DNA from: Nitrospirota bacterium
Lineage (GTDB): Bacteria > Nitrospirota > Thermodesulfovibrionia > Thermodesulfovibrionales > Dissulfurispiraceae
DNA: 64,000 nt
Assembly: GCA_963710375.1 (NCBI GenBank)
Contig: CAVPZX010000008.1
Location: 64,001-128,000, forward strand
Reading direction: 5' to 3'
Shown: positions 40,463-50,394 of the stretch, piece by piece
Layout: every line of letters begins with the position of its first letter
How positions within the stretch are numbered: position 1 is the stretch's first letter
The notes under the pieces: generated by a model
Told to the model about the DNA's origin: nothing
The model's input: the letters and a program-made list of their open reading frames with translations, nothing else
The model's database searches: none
Program-made: the position numbers and the translations under genes

Positions 40463-41243
40463 CAAAAAGGACAAAGCGCAAAGTGCAAAGCGCATAGAGC
40501 AAAGTGAAAAGAAAAAAAATGACAATCCCCTGATTGCGGCTCTTTGCCCTTCGCACCGTGATCTTGACCCTATGCCCTTTGCCCTATGCTCTATGCTCTT
40601 TGCCCTTTGCCTGCTTCTTTTTGTTTCCTGTGCGCCAAAATACGCTGAAAAACCCTCACGGGAAGGTATCCCTCTTCCTGAGATACTTGCAAAGATGAAC
40701 ACCGTTCAGTCCATAGAGGCGATTTTATCCATAGACTATGAAAAAAATGACGCTACGATGAGCGGAGATGCCTTCCTAAGTCTTTCCCCTGCTGCACTGG
40801 ACCTCAGAATTTATTATCTCGGCTTTCTTGCCGGCGAGGTCAAAGAAAATAATGGCGTCATAAAGAGCAAACCGAAGCTCGATAAATACAAAAGCATAGT
40901 CCTTGTAGATGGGCTGAGAAACAGCTTCTTGTGGTGGACAATAAGCGACTATACTATTCAGGAGACAGGAGACAGTTATGTGTTAAGGAATTTCAGCAGG
41001 ACGCTGACAATAAGTAAAAAAAACCTGCTTCCGGTGGAACAGACAATCGAACTTGATAACGGGGAAGAAATGACCATATCCTATGATGAGCCGGCCATGA
41101 ACAAACCGGAGGCCGGAAAAAACGGACTTGACCCGGAAATCGCGTGGTACCAATCCCGTCTGTCGATTCGTTATAGAAACCACCAGGTAAAAGTCAGGGT
41201 AAAATCATATACAGCAACAATAGGAAAGGCAGGTAAAGGTTAA
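40431..41243 (+). CDS. Putative lipoprotein of unknown function
   Basis: LLLFVSC lipobox; start is TTG 40431 or ATG 40572; both ends overlap repeat elements. Confidence 0.7.
   Translation: MKKQWNTSKHSKKDKAQSAKRIEQSEKKKNDNPLIAALCPSHRDLDPMPFALCSMLFALCLLLFVSCAPKYAEKPSREGIPLPEILAKMNTVQSIEAILSIDYEKNDATMSGDAFLSLSPAALDLRIYYLGFLAGEVKENNGVIKSKPKLDKYKSIVLVDGLRNSFLWWTISDYTIQETGDSYVLRNFSRTLTISKKNLLPVEQTIELDNGEEMTISYDEPAMNKPEAGKNGLDPEIAWYQSRLSIRYRNHQVKVRVKSYTATIGKAGKG
40471..40610. repeat. Inverted 7-mer arrays (RCAWAGN)5 ... (YCTWTGC)6
   Basis: Left array 40471-40505, right array 40569-40610; the consensus units are reverse complements. Confidence 0.88.
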
Positions 41244-41321
41244 GGTTGAGGTTAAGGATTGTGCTAAAAGCTAAACAGTGCTTTTTTTGTCTTTTCTTAA
41301 CCTTAACCTCAACCTGCTTTT
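41225..41321. repeat. Hexamer-array palindrome, copy 3
   Basis: AAAGGCAGG(TWRAGG)4 ... AACAGTG..TTTGTCTTTTCT(TAACCT)n..GCTTT; supplies the lipoprotein stop codon; lies between convergent genes. Confidence 0.88.
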
Positions 41322-41325
41322 TTTG

Positions 41326-42681
41326 TTACCTGTTTGCGAGAGGCACATAGTCCTGTCGAAATCCGGGTACTGATGAAACGTAAGACGGCCTTATCAGTTT
41401 TCCCTGTATTATCTCTTCAATTCTGTGTGCCGACCATCCTGCCACTCTTGAAATTGCAAAAATGGGCGTGAATAATTCTTTAGGTATACCCATTGACCTG
41501 TATACGAATCCCGAATAAAAATCAACGTTTGCCGACGCCAATTTCCCTTTTTTCTTTAGGACCAGCACCGGCGACAGCCTGGCAACTTTCTTGTATAGCT
41601 CAAACTCTTTTCCCATGCCACTCTTTTCTGCGATCTCTTCCGCCTTACTCTCAAGTATCACTGCCCTCGGGTCCGACAGCGTATATACAGCGTGCCCTAT
41701 ACCATATATTTTCCCTGATTTGTCGTTCGCCTTCTTGTCAAGTATTTGTTCAAGGTAGCTTGAGACGGCTTCGTCATCGTTCCAGTCTTTCACGTGTGTC
41801 TTTATGTTTTCCATCATACCTTCAACAGCTTCATTTGCGCCGCCGTGCAGGTGTCCTGAAAGCGACGCGATTCCAGAGCATATAGCCATGTAACTGTTAG
41901 CGCCGGCAGAGGACACGGTCCTCACGGTGAAGGTCGAATTGTTACCGCCCCCGTGCTCTGCGTGGAGCACAAGCATCATGTCGAACAAGTTTGCGGTAAA
42001 CCTGTCAGGCTTTTTGCCATTCAGCATATAAAGAAAGTTTTCCGCATGGCTGTAATCTGCTTTCGGCTCTATCAGTCTGAAATGCCCTTTACTGCGTTCG
42101 TTTGATGCATGGTAGTTGTATGCAACAATTGTCGGAAACTTGGCTATCAAATCTATGCATTGTCTCGCAAGGTTCATTATGTCCGTAGAGTTCGGGTTGT
42201 CATCAAACAGGTGCATTGCTGATACGATGGTATGAAGAGATCCCATCTGGTCATCATGAGGCGGTCTGCTGCGGATAATCTTCTTGGCTTCCTTTGGAAG
42301 ATGCCTTCTCTCAGCGAGCGAACTCGTGAAGATATCAAGAAGCTTCCGGTCGGGGAGTTCGCCTGTAAGGAGGAGGTATGCAGTTTCTTCAAATCCGAAC
42401 CTGCCCTCTTCCTGCTGGTGTCTGACCAGGTCTTTTACGTTATAGCCACAGTAATATAATTCGCCATCGAGATCCACTTTCTTCTCAGTCCCGTCAGCCT
42501 CGAATTCTTTTTTGTAACTGATGACCTGGCCCTTGCTGGTTATTCCTACAAAGACCCCTGTGCCGTCTTCGTTGCGAAGTCCCAGTTTTATATTTTTTTC
42601 CCTGATAAGCTCCGGGGATACCTTATCGTGTTTCAATGCCAACTCTTGGATGATTCTCAGGACGCTCTGCACTCGTTTCAC
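41326..42681 (-). CDS. gltA: Citrate synthase
   Basis: LHAEHGGGNNST, LHGGAN, GIGHAVYTLSDPR, NVDFYSG. Confidence 0.93.
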   Translation of the reverse strand: MKRVQSVLRIIQELALKHDKVSPELIREKNIKLGLRNEDGTGVFVGITSKGQVISYKKEFEADGTEKKVDLDGELYYCGYNVKDLVRHQQEEGRFGFEETAYLLLTGELPDRKLLDIFTSSLAERRHLPKEAKKIIRSRPPHDDQMGSLHTIVSAMHLFDDNPNSTDIMNLARQCIDLIAKFPTIVAYNYHASNERSKGHFRLIEPKADYSHAENFLYMLNGKKPDRFTANLFDMMLVLHAEHGGGNNSTFTVRTVSSAGANSYMAICSGIASLSGHLHGGANEAVEGMMENIKTHVKDWNDDEAVSSYLEQILDKKANDKSGKIYGIGHAVYTLSDPRAVILESKAEEIAEKSGMGKEFELYKKVARLSPVLVLKKKGKLASANVDFYSGFVYRSMGIPKELFTPIFAISRVAGWSAHRIEEIIQGKLIRPSYVSSVPGFRQDYVPLANR

Positions 42682-42767
42682 CTCAATATAGTAACCTCCG
42701 AATAATTAACCGGAGGAACAAAATAATTTATATTTTACCATATTTATTTTATTTATTTTTAAGGAAG

Positions 42768-42943
42768 GCAGGAGAAGGGGAGCACTTGTTTTTCGACGCG
42801 CTGAAACTACGCTCCTCAGGGAATCCCTATGTCTTCATGGCAGCGATACACGAATCAGTTCTCAGGTCGGGCTCGGCGTTACTCGCCCTTGTTACAGTAG
42901 ACCCGTGCATCGCGTCGAAAAACAAGTGCTCCCCTTCTCCTGC
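42768..42943 (-). repeat. Structured element A (33-bp perfect arms, shared scaffold, 47-nt variable segment)
   Basis: 42768-42800 is the exact reverse complement of 42911-42943; core shared with element B in inverted orientation. Strand is relative to B only. Confidence 0.9.
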
Positions 42944-42972
42944 TGTTTATTTTATAGAATCAAATTATATTA

Positions 42973-43145
42973 GGAGCGGCAGCGGCAGGCTGTTTATCGG
43001 AGCGATGCACGGGTCTACTGTAACAAGGGCGAGTAACGCCGAGCCCCAGCTGAGAATGGGTATGGACAATTGCTACTATAACTTGATGTCACTTGCAATG
43101 AACGTAGTTTCAGCGCTCCGATAAACAGCCTGCCGCTGCCGCTCC
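42973..43145 (+). repeat. Structured element B (32-bp perfect arms, shared scaffold, 46-nt variable segment)
   Basis: 42973-43004 is the exact reverse complement of 43114-43145; 45-nt and 14-nt blocks identical to element A. Confidence 0.9.
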
Positions 43146-43201
43146 CTTCCTTATAGGGCTTATTGCCTCACAGAAAACACCTGGTGTATAATCAAGACAA
43201 T

Positions 43202-43975
43202 ATGCAAAAGGGCCAGGGCCGTAAAAAGCGTTATACACTATCAGTCGTCAACCATAAGGGCGGCGTCGGCAAGACGACCACGACCGTCAATGTGGCTGCG
43301 TGTCTAGCGGAACTGGGTAACAGTGTATTGGTCATTGACCTCGATCCACAAGGCAGCGCCAGCCTCGCTTTTGGTTTTAACGATGACGGCGAACGGCTTT
43401 TCCAATCCTTGCAAAAGACGATTGCCCTCCCGGTCCAGGCAACCAGGACAGGCGGGGTAGACCTTGTGCCGGCAGGACCCGGCCTCATCGGGGCATGGCA
43501 GCGTTTTTCCGGCGCCCTAGGGAAGGAGATCCTATTTAACTGTCTTCGCTATACGGAGGGCACATGGGACTGGATCATCGTCGATTGCCCGCCCAGCATG
43601 GGCGTTCTCACTCTTGCGGCACTAAATGCGAGCAATGGCGTGCTGATGCCGGTTGAGGCAACTCATCTTGCCGCTGCGGGTTTACACCAGATGACCGAAA
43701 CCATTGAGTCGATTGCCAGAGACCAGCGGGAGCGCAACCTCAAGCTTCTGGCGATTGTTCCCTGCCGTGCGCACCCCCGCAGACGGATCCATAACTCCGT
43801 AATGGCACATTTGGAGCAAGATTATCCTGGCATGATAGCGCCCATAGTACGCGAAAGTGCAGCCCTTGCAGAGTCGCCCGCTTTCGGCAAACCCATCATA
43901 GCCTTTGCACCTTCCTCTAACGGCGCTTCAGATTACCGCGCCGTCACAAAATGGATCGATAACCATATCCGATAA
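43202..43975 (+). CDS. ParA/Soj family ATPase (no parB nearby)
   Basis: HKGGVGKTT deviant Walker [26 protein letters not shown]. Confidence 0.88.
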   Translation: MQKGQGRKKRYTLSVVNHKGGVGKTTTTVNVAACLAELGNSVLVIDLDPQGSASLAFGFNDDGERLFQSLQKTIALPVQATRTGGVDLVPAGPGLIGAWQRFSGALGKEILFNCLRYTEGTWDWIIVDCPPSMGVLTLAALNASNGVLMPVEATHLAAAGLHQMTETIESIARDQRERNLKLLAIVPCRAHPRRRIHNSVMAHLEQDYPGMIAPIVRESAALAESPAFGKPIIAFAPSSNGASDYRAVTKWIDNHIR

Positions 43976-44736
43976 TGACCGGACTCGATTTGCTAGCAGT
44001 GGGAGTGGCGGCAATTGCAGGAGGAGCGGTCAATGCGCTCGCCGGGGGAGGAACGCTCATCACATTTCCCATGCTCACAGCTGTTGGTGTTCCAGTTGTT
44101 GCCGCCAACATAACAAATACGGTGGCCCTTTGCCCCGGTTATCTGGGCGCAACCCTTGCACAGATGAAGGACCTGCGCGGCCAGTCGGTCCGGTTGTGGC
44201 TCCTGCTGCCGGCCGGAGTGCTGGGCGGCATTGCAGGAGGCATTTTATTACTTAACACGAGTGATCAGGTATTTCGTAAACTTGTGCCGTTCCTGATACT
44301 CCTGGCCGTGGTCCTGTTGGCTGTCCAGGATAAATTGCGTGCATTGCTCACGCGTCGCACCGGTGATTCCGGAGCAGCCACATTGCACGATGCATGGTCA
44401 ATACTTCCAATCCTGCCAGCTGCTGTTTACGGAGGCTACTTTGGCGCCGGTGTAAGCGTGATCGTTCTTGCTGTACTTGGACTTGCGCTGGAAGACTCAC
44501 TTACTCGGCTTAACGCCCTGAAACAGGCCATTGCGTTCGCCATTAACATTGCGGCCGCAATCTTTTTTTTGTTTTCAGGCCAGGTGGTCTGGTCTGCTGC
44601 AGTCATTATGGCTATAGGAGCCCTTGCAGGAGGGGCCTTAGGAGGCCGGCTGGCAGGCCGGATCAGCCCGTTCTTGCTGCGTAGGATTGTTGTAACGGTC
44701 GGCTTAATAGTCGCCGCAATTTACCTGGTCCACTGA
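43975..44736 (+). CDS. TauE/SafE (YfcA-like) permease
   Basis: [26 protein letters not shown] coupling to parA. Confidence 0.88.
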   Translation: MTGLDLLAVGVAAIAGGAVNALAGGGTLITFPMLTAVGVPVVAANITNTVALCPGYLGATLAQMKDLRGQSVRLWLLLPAGVLGGIAGGILLLNTSDQVFRKLVPFLILLAVVLLAVQDKLRALLTRRTGDSGAATLHDAWSILPILPAAVYGGYFGAGVSVIVLAVLGLALEDSLTRLNALKQAIAFAINIAAAIFFLFSGQVVWSAAVIMAIGALAGGALGGRLAGRISPFLLRRIVVTVGLIVAAIYLVH

Positions 44737-44819
44737 TTAGGAACATAGAATGTCCGTCTTTAGGCAAACTTAAACTATTTTTTTTTGCCGCAATTAAAAA
44801 GGAAACAGGGTTATCCCCC

Positions 44820-45497
44820 TTAAGCGTCAGCTGTGGTTGAGGAGTTACCTGCGGCTGAGATCGTATTAAAATTCTTCATAAAATTCTGCACTCCGGATGC
44901 ATCAATGCTGTCTCCCGCTTTTTGGGCTGTCTGGAGCAGAGTGTCCAGATATGCCATGTTAAATTCCGGAAGCAGCATATTTTTATTCTCTGCAGTAACA
45001 TTAGCGGCGCTGAGATGAGTAGCAACATAATCAATAACATCGAGTGGTACCCCGTTTTCATACGCACTGTGTAATACAGCTAGCTCATTTTGGGTTAAAG
45101 ACAGAGGCAGATTGGACAGTTGGAACCTGCCGGATTTAACCTGTGCCTCCCAATTCTGAATATCGTTCTTATCCATAATACCGTTCTGCAATTTTACCTG
45201 GTTATAAACCGTATTATAATCGAGGGATACGCCATCGGTCTTTGCTTCGGAGACAATGTTCTGTGCCTGATTCTGTGCAAGCTGGGCATTGTATGTATTG
45301 TTAAACCACTCCATTTGCCGCGCCAGCGATGGAGTCTGGGCCAGCAATGTCTGCATCACAGTCCCCTCGTCGCTTAGCGTAACTGTTTCAGATTGGGTAG
45401 TGGAAGAGTCTGTGCCGGGCTGTGTGGTGGTAGTATTGCCCGAAGCGGTTATTCCTGATACTAAACTGCTGCTGGTTGTAGAAATATCAGATATCAT
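44820..45497 (-). CDS. Hypothetical protein with Ser/Thr-rich N-terminus
   Basis: 225 aa; strong RBS GAGGAGG; no recognised domain. Confidence 0.65.
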   Translation of the reverse strand: MISDISTTSSSLVSGITASGNTTTTQPGTDSSTTQSETVTLSDEGTVMQTLLAQTPSLARQMEWFNNTYNAQLAQNQAQNIVSEAKTDGVSLDYNTVYNQVKLQNGIMDKNDIQNWEAQVKSGRFQLSNLPLSLTQNELAVLHSAYENGVPLDVIDYVATHLSAANVTAENKNMLLPEFNMAYLDTLLQTAQKAGDSIDASGVQNFMKNFNTISAAGNSSTTADA

Positions 45498-45681
45498 TGT
45501 TCCTCCTCTGAAAAGAATTTCAAAAAATTGACCGCAAGAAACACGCCAGGGAATATACTAATAAATACAAAGATCACATACCCTGAATGAATACTTTTGG
45601 GGAAATATTTTCCTGGTGGGTGGCGGAAATTGGACATATTTTCTTGATTTCGATGTTGCGCTATCCAACACAATCTTCTTT

Positions 45682-45876
45682 TAACCCACATTATTCATAA
45701 ATTTATAGAAGGAGCAGTCAGGCCACAGTGCTTCACTCATTCTAGCAAGGCGTCCAGCCTTGCTCCGAGGCTGTGACAGCCTGTGTCACCATCCTTGGTG
45801 TCACTTAGGCTGTCAAAGTCCGCTCAGCACCATGTCCCGCCTGCTCCTTCTATAAATTTATGAATAATGTGGGTTA
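45682..45876. repeat. Palindromic element with 36-bp perfect arms and nested hairpins
   Basis: 45682-45717 = reverse complement of 45841-45876; internal AGCAAGGC/GCCTTGCT and TGACAGCCT/AGGCTGTCA stems around CACCATCCTTGGTG. Confidence 0.88.
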
Positions 45877-47084
45877 GGCCCGCCGCCTTTGACAGTTCTG
45901 ACTATTAAAAGTCCTGCGATAAAGAAAACACTCACAGAGAGCACCGCAGGCCGCTGGCTGCCGAATGTCGAAGATATATAGCCGAAAAGAATGGGTCCTG
46001 CAACAGCAGACGTTTGGCCCATAAGCGAGTAAACACCGAAATACTCGGATTCCTGGCCATCAGGAATGAACCTGGCATAAAAGGCCCTTGTTGCAGCCTG
46101 CACGGTGCCGAGTCCTAATCCTGCCGCGGAGGCAATAATAAAAAAATGTGTCTTTGTAGTCACAAAAAAGGCAGCAACTGATACTAATGTCCACAAACAT
46201 AAAGATAGTACCACCACTTTCTTTGGTCCCCATACATCGGTAGGCTTTGCAAACAGAAACCCTCCGGCAAGCGCGGTAAACTGAACAGTAAGGAAAACTA
46301 AGATCAATTCCCGCGGACCAAAATGCAGCGTTGTTGCCGCAAAGATGCTCGAAAAAACTATGACTGTATTTACTCCATCAGCGTAAATGAGATACGCGAT
46401 CAGAAGTTTTCTTTGCTCGCTGTTCGCCCATATTTTCTTTAATGCGGAAAGCGAATACCGCAAGCCTTCCCTCGCGGCCCCGGAAACACTTAGCCTGGAT
46501 GTTCCGTCAGGAGGCAGAAAAGCGAAAGCCGGGAGAGAAAAGAGCAGAAAAAAAAGGGCGGACATGGGCCATGAAACAGTCAGGAACCCCTTGTCTATAA
46601 GCACCAGCGCCAACAAAAGCGACGAGATCGACCCTGCATATCCTGTTGCATAACCCCAAGAGGAAACCCTCCCCTGGTACCCAGGCCCGGCAATTTCCGG
46701 CAAGAAGGAATTATAAAAGACAAGTCCCCCCTCCTTGCCGATATTGGCAAGCACGATGAGCATGAAGCCCCCCAACGCCATTCCTTTTCCTAAAAAATAA
46801 AGGGCCGCAACAGGGACGATACACAAAAAAGTGTAAACAAAGAGCAGCTTTTTCCGTATTTTCGCATAATCAGCTATGCCGCCCATAAAGGGCGAACTGA
46901 GAGCAACAATAGCCATACTTAACGATATGGCCCTGCCCCACCAGACATCACCCTGGCCGGATGCATTGCCAACGATAACGTTCGTATAGTAAACAGGAAA
47001 TATGACCGCGGTAATAATAGAATAGTAGCTGGTGCCGGCAAAATCGAACAGGCACCAGGAGAGTATCTTTTTATTCATGCTCAT
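45858..47084 (-). CDS. MFS transporter (UMF1/ATG22-like)
   Basis: SWCLFDFA, VFYNSFLP, GRVSSWG, YADGVNT; ~12 TM. Confidence 0.88.
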   Translation of the reverse strand: MSMNKKILSWCLFDFAGTSYYSIITAVIFPVYYTNVIVGNASGQGDVWWGRAISLSMAIVALSSPFMGGIADYAKIRKKLLFVYTFLCIVPVAALYFLGKGMALGGFMLIVLANIGKEGGLVFYNSFLPEIAGPGYQGRVSSWGYATGYAGSISSLLLALVLIDKGFLTVSWPMSALFFLLFSLPAFAFLPPDGTSRLSVSGAAREGLRYSLSALKKIWANSEQRKLLIAYLIYADGVNTVIVFSSIFAATTLHFGPRELILVFLTVQFTALAGGFLFAKPTDVWGPKKVVVLSLCLWTLVSVAAFFVTTKTHFFIIASAAGLGLGTVQAATRAFYARFIPDGQESEYFGVYSLMGQTSAVAGPILFGYISSTFGSQRPAVLSVSVFFIAGLLIVRTVKGGGPNPHYS

Positions 47085-47093
47085 ACAGTTTAT

Positions 47094-47252
47094 ACAGTTT
47101 CATAAAAAGTCCATAGGCAAGGCACGCAAAGCCTGAGGAATGAGGCGTACCGTGATGTACGTCGCACGGGGTCCCCAAAAGCCGCAGTCTTTTGGGGTGC
47201 GAGTGACGAAGGATGCAGCGTAACGCAGCATATGGATTTTTTATGAAACTGT
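47094..47252. repeat. REP/MITE-like palindromic element (22-bp arms, one mismatch)
   Basis: ACAGTTTCATAAAAAGTCCATA ... TATGGATTTTTTATGAAACTGT; internal CGTAC/GTACG and CCCCAAAAG/CTTTTGGGG stems; overlaps the rnc stop. Confidence 0.8.
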
Positions 47253-47948
47253 TAGCTTTTTAAGCGCCTCTTTTGCTGCATCCATTTGAGATTCCTTTTT
47301 GCTCTTGCCGGTACCGCTTCCGAACAGTTTGCCTTGTATATATACTTCAGTCGTGAATATCTTCTTGTGCTCCTCACCCTCTTGCTTGACTATCCGGTAC
47401 TCGGGGAGCGTACCTACAGAGCTCTGGACCTTCTCCTGAAGCTCGCTCTTAAAGTCATAGTCCTCTTTTCCAAGGATTGTTTGTGAGATCCTGTCATCAA
47501 ACAGCTTTAGGACCACCTCTCTGGCTGTCACATAATCACTATCCAGGAAAACGGCCCCGACCAGTGCTTCGAATGCGTCGGAAAGAACAGACCTTTTCTG
47601 CCGGCCTCCGGTGAATTCCTCTCCCTTACCCAGGCTCAGGTAATTGCCCAGCGACAGCCTGGAAGCCATCTCGAACAGCACCAGCTCTTTCACAAGATAG
47701 GATTTTATTTTTGACATCCCGGCTTCAGTAAGATGCTCTTTGTTGAGGAACAGGGCCTCTGCTATGATCAGACCGAGCACTGAATCGCCCAGGAATTCGA
47801 GCCGTTCGTTGTGGGTCTTTACATCTCCTGCATTTTCATGGTGATATGATTTATGGGTAAGAGCGGTTGCGAGCAGCGACGTGTTTCTAAATGTGTAACC
47901 GAGTGAGGCTTCAATTCCCGCGATATTTTCCGAAGATAAGACAGGCAT
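47241..47948 (-). CDS. rnc: Ribonuclease III
   Basis: [27 protein letters not shown], dsRBD. Confidence 0.96.
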   Translation of the reverse strand: MPVLSSENIAGIEASLGYTFRNTSLLATALTHKSYHHENAGDVKTHNERLEFLGDSVLGLIIAEALFLNKEHLTEAGMSKIKSYLVKELVLFEMASRLSLGNYLSLGKGEEFTGGRQKRSVLSDAFEALVGAVFLDSDYVTAREVVLKLFDDRISQTILGKEDYDFKSELQEKVQSSVGTLPEYRIVKQEGEEHKKIFTTEVYIQGKLFGSGTGKSKKESQMDAAKEALKKLTVS

Positions 47949-49162
47949 TTGTTCCCCCGAAACCGAAAGAATTTGAGAGCGCATACTTTACATCAACCTG
48001 CTTTGCGGTTTTGGGGACATAATCAAGATCGCACTCGGGGTCGGGGTTGTCCAGGTTAATCGTAGGAGGTACTTTGCCGTGATATATACTGAGAACAGAG
48101 AATATTGCCTCAACCCCGCCGGCAGCTCCCAATAGATGCCCCACCATCGACTTCGTAGAACTGACGCATAATTTATAAGCATGATCCCCAAATACGGTCT
48201 TGATAGCTGTAGTTTCGAGTTCATCTCCGTATTTCGTCGATGTGCCATGGGCGTTTATGTAATCGATCTTTTCCGGCTCAAGGCCGGCATCTTTTAATGC
48301 GGCTTTCATGCAACGTGCAGCACCTTCACCGCCGGGAGAAGGCGTTGTAATATGATAAGCGTCACTCGACATCCCGTACCCCATAACTTCAGCGTAGATT
48401 TTCGCATTCCTGGAAAGGGCGCTATCGAGGTTCTCGAGAAAGACAATTCCGGCGCCCTCACCCATGACAAAACCATCCCTGTCCATATCAAAAGGCCTGC
48501 TGGCCCTTTCAGGTTCGTCATTCCGGGTTGAAAGGGCTTTCATTACCGCAAAACCACCGACACCCAGAGTCTGTAATGCACGATTCAGTCCCGCCCGCAA
48601 TCATCGCATCCGCTTCACCACGCTGAATTATTCTGACGGCATCACCAATGGAATGGCTGCCGGTAGCGCAAGCGGTAACAGGGCATGAACTGGGTCCCTT
48701 TGCGCCGAACTTGATGGAAACGTTTCCCGAAGCCAGGTTAATGATGAGCATCGGGATAAAAAAAGGAGATATCCGCTTATACCCCTTTTCCAGAAAAGCC
48801 TTATGATAATGCTCGATGGCAGGAAGTCCTCCCATACCGGAGCCGATTACCACTCCCACCCTTTCGGCATTTTCCCCGGTAATCCTGAACCCCGAATCAT
48901 CGACAGCCATTTTCGCAGCAGCAATCGCAAAATGGATAAAGCGGTCCATCTTTTTGATTTCTTTTGCCTCGATGTAATTTGCCGGATCGAATCCCTTGAC
49001 CTCTCCGGCAATGCGCACCGGAAACGAAGACGCGTCAAATTCCGTTATGGGCCCTACTCCTGACTTTCCGTTCAGTGCTGCACTCCATGTCTCATCCACA
49101 CCGATACCGATAGGGGTGACCAGGCCCATGCCTGTGATAACAACTCTATTGTTCTCGATCAT
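47911..49162 (-). CDS. fabF: Beta-ketoacyl-ACP synthase II, split by one +1 frameshift near 48571
   Basis: [14 protein letters not shown] in ORF 1; [31 protein letters not shown] in ORF 2; junction ATT ACA G ACT CTG. Confidence 0.93.
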
Positions 49163-49389
49163 CCTAATTTTTTCTTTATATAGTCGAATGCATCTTTAAC
49201 TTTTGTTATTTTCTCGGCATCCTCATCGGGTATCTCAATATTGAATGCCTCCTCGAATGCCATCACCAATTCCACTGTATCAAGCGAATCAGCACCAAGA
49301 TCCTCAACAAAAGACGCATCAGGCGTCACTTCCGATTGATCTACTCCAAGCTGCTTTGATATTATTTCTCTTACTTTTTCTTCTACCAT
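49159..49389 (-). CDS. acpP: Acyl carrier protein
   Basis: [14 protein letters not shown]. Confidence 0.97.
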   Translation of the reverse strand: MVEEKVREIISKQLGVDQSEVTPDASFVEDLGADSLDTVELVMAFEEAFNIEIPDEDAEKITKVKDAFDYIKKKLG

Positions 49390-49495
49390 TATCTACCTCC
49401 AAATTTAGATTTCAGCTCATTGCTTATAGTCAACAGGTGCTCACTAAAAAAACCTTATATTTTTGCTTTTGCCATGAGCCAAGAACTATCAGATA

Positions 49496-50230
49496 TTACA
49501 TATACATGCCGCCGTTTACATGGATTACCTGGCCGGTTATGTATCCCGATTCAGGCGATGCAAAAAAGGATACCGCATTGGCAACATCCTGGGCAGTGCC
49601 GAATCTGCACATGGGAATGGCCTTCATCATCTCCTGCTTCACATTTTCCTGCAGCGCATCGGTCATGGCCGTCGAAATGAATCCCGGGGCAACTGCATTC
49701 ACCGTCAGCGCTCTGCCCGCATATTCTTTCGCTATAGTTTTCGTAAGGCCAACGATGCCGGCTTTCGATGCACTGTAATTGGCCTGTCCCGGATTGCCGA
49801 TAAAGGCAACCACGGATGCGATATTAATGATACGCCCATACCGCTGTTTGACCATTACCTTTACCGCCTCTTTGGAACAAAGGAATGTGCCTTTCAGGTT
49901 AATATCTATCACAGCATCCCAATCCTCTTCTTTCATGCGCATTAAAAGGCCGTCTCTCGTAATCCCGGCATTATTGACAAGTATCTCCACTTTACCGAAC
50001 TCCTGTACAGCGTGCTCAAACAACCCGCTTACATCGGATACTCTGGACACGTCAGCCTTTAACCCTATGCTGCGTATCCCTAACTTCTCAAGATCCGATG
50101 CAGCCTCTTTGGCCATATCAAGGTCAACATCAGCTACAACTATATTAACTCCTTGCCGGGCAAGTGTTTCGCCGATTGCCTTGCCTATGCCGCGTCCTGC
50201 TCCTGTGATTATTGCGGTATGTCCATTCAT
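49496..50230 (-). CDS. fabG: 3-oxoacyl-ACP reductase
   Basis: TGAGRGIG, NNAGITRD, YSASK, VNGGMYM. Confidence 0.96.
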   Translation of the reverse strand: MNGHTAIITGAGRGIGKAIGETLARQGVNIVVADVDLDMAKEAASDLEKLGIRSIGLKADVSRVSDVSGLFEHAVQEFGKVEILVNNAGITRDGLLMRMKEEDWDAVIDINLKGTFLCSKEAVKVMVKQRYGRIINIASVVAFIGNPGQANYSASKAGIVGLTKTIAKEYAGRALTVNAVAPGFISTAMTDALQENVKQEMMKAIPMCRFGTAQDVANAVSFFASPESGYITGQVIHVNGGMYM

Positions 50231-50394
50231 TATTTCTTATCGCCTCAACTTAAAGTTGGCTATCATTTTAACAGAGGTCTGTTTTTATTTTCCAGTTCTT
50301 TCTGAACATGGTACTGGATGCAAACATGAAACAGGAGGGTGCACGGGAGTGCCTTCCTGCGGTCCCCAATCAGACTTGCCGCTGCACGACCTTC

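Noticed and set aside
42786..43124. 112-aa ORF across elements A/B
   Set aside because: Spans inverted repeats with a TTG start and no protein motif.
42768..43145. Elements A/B as a CRISPR array, tRNA or retron
   Set aside because: Copies are inverted rather than tandem, there is no cloverleaf, no cas or RT gene nearby, and the variable segments do not form a convincing msd hairpin.
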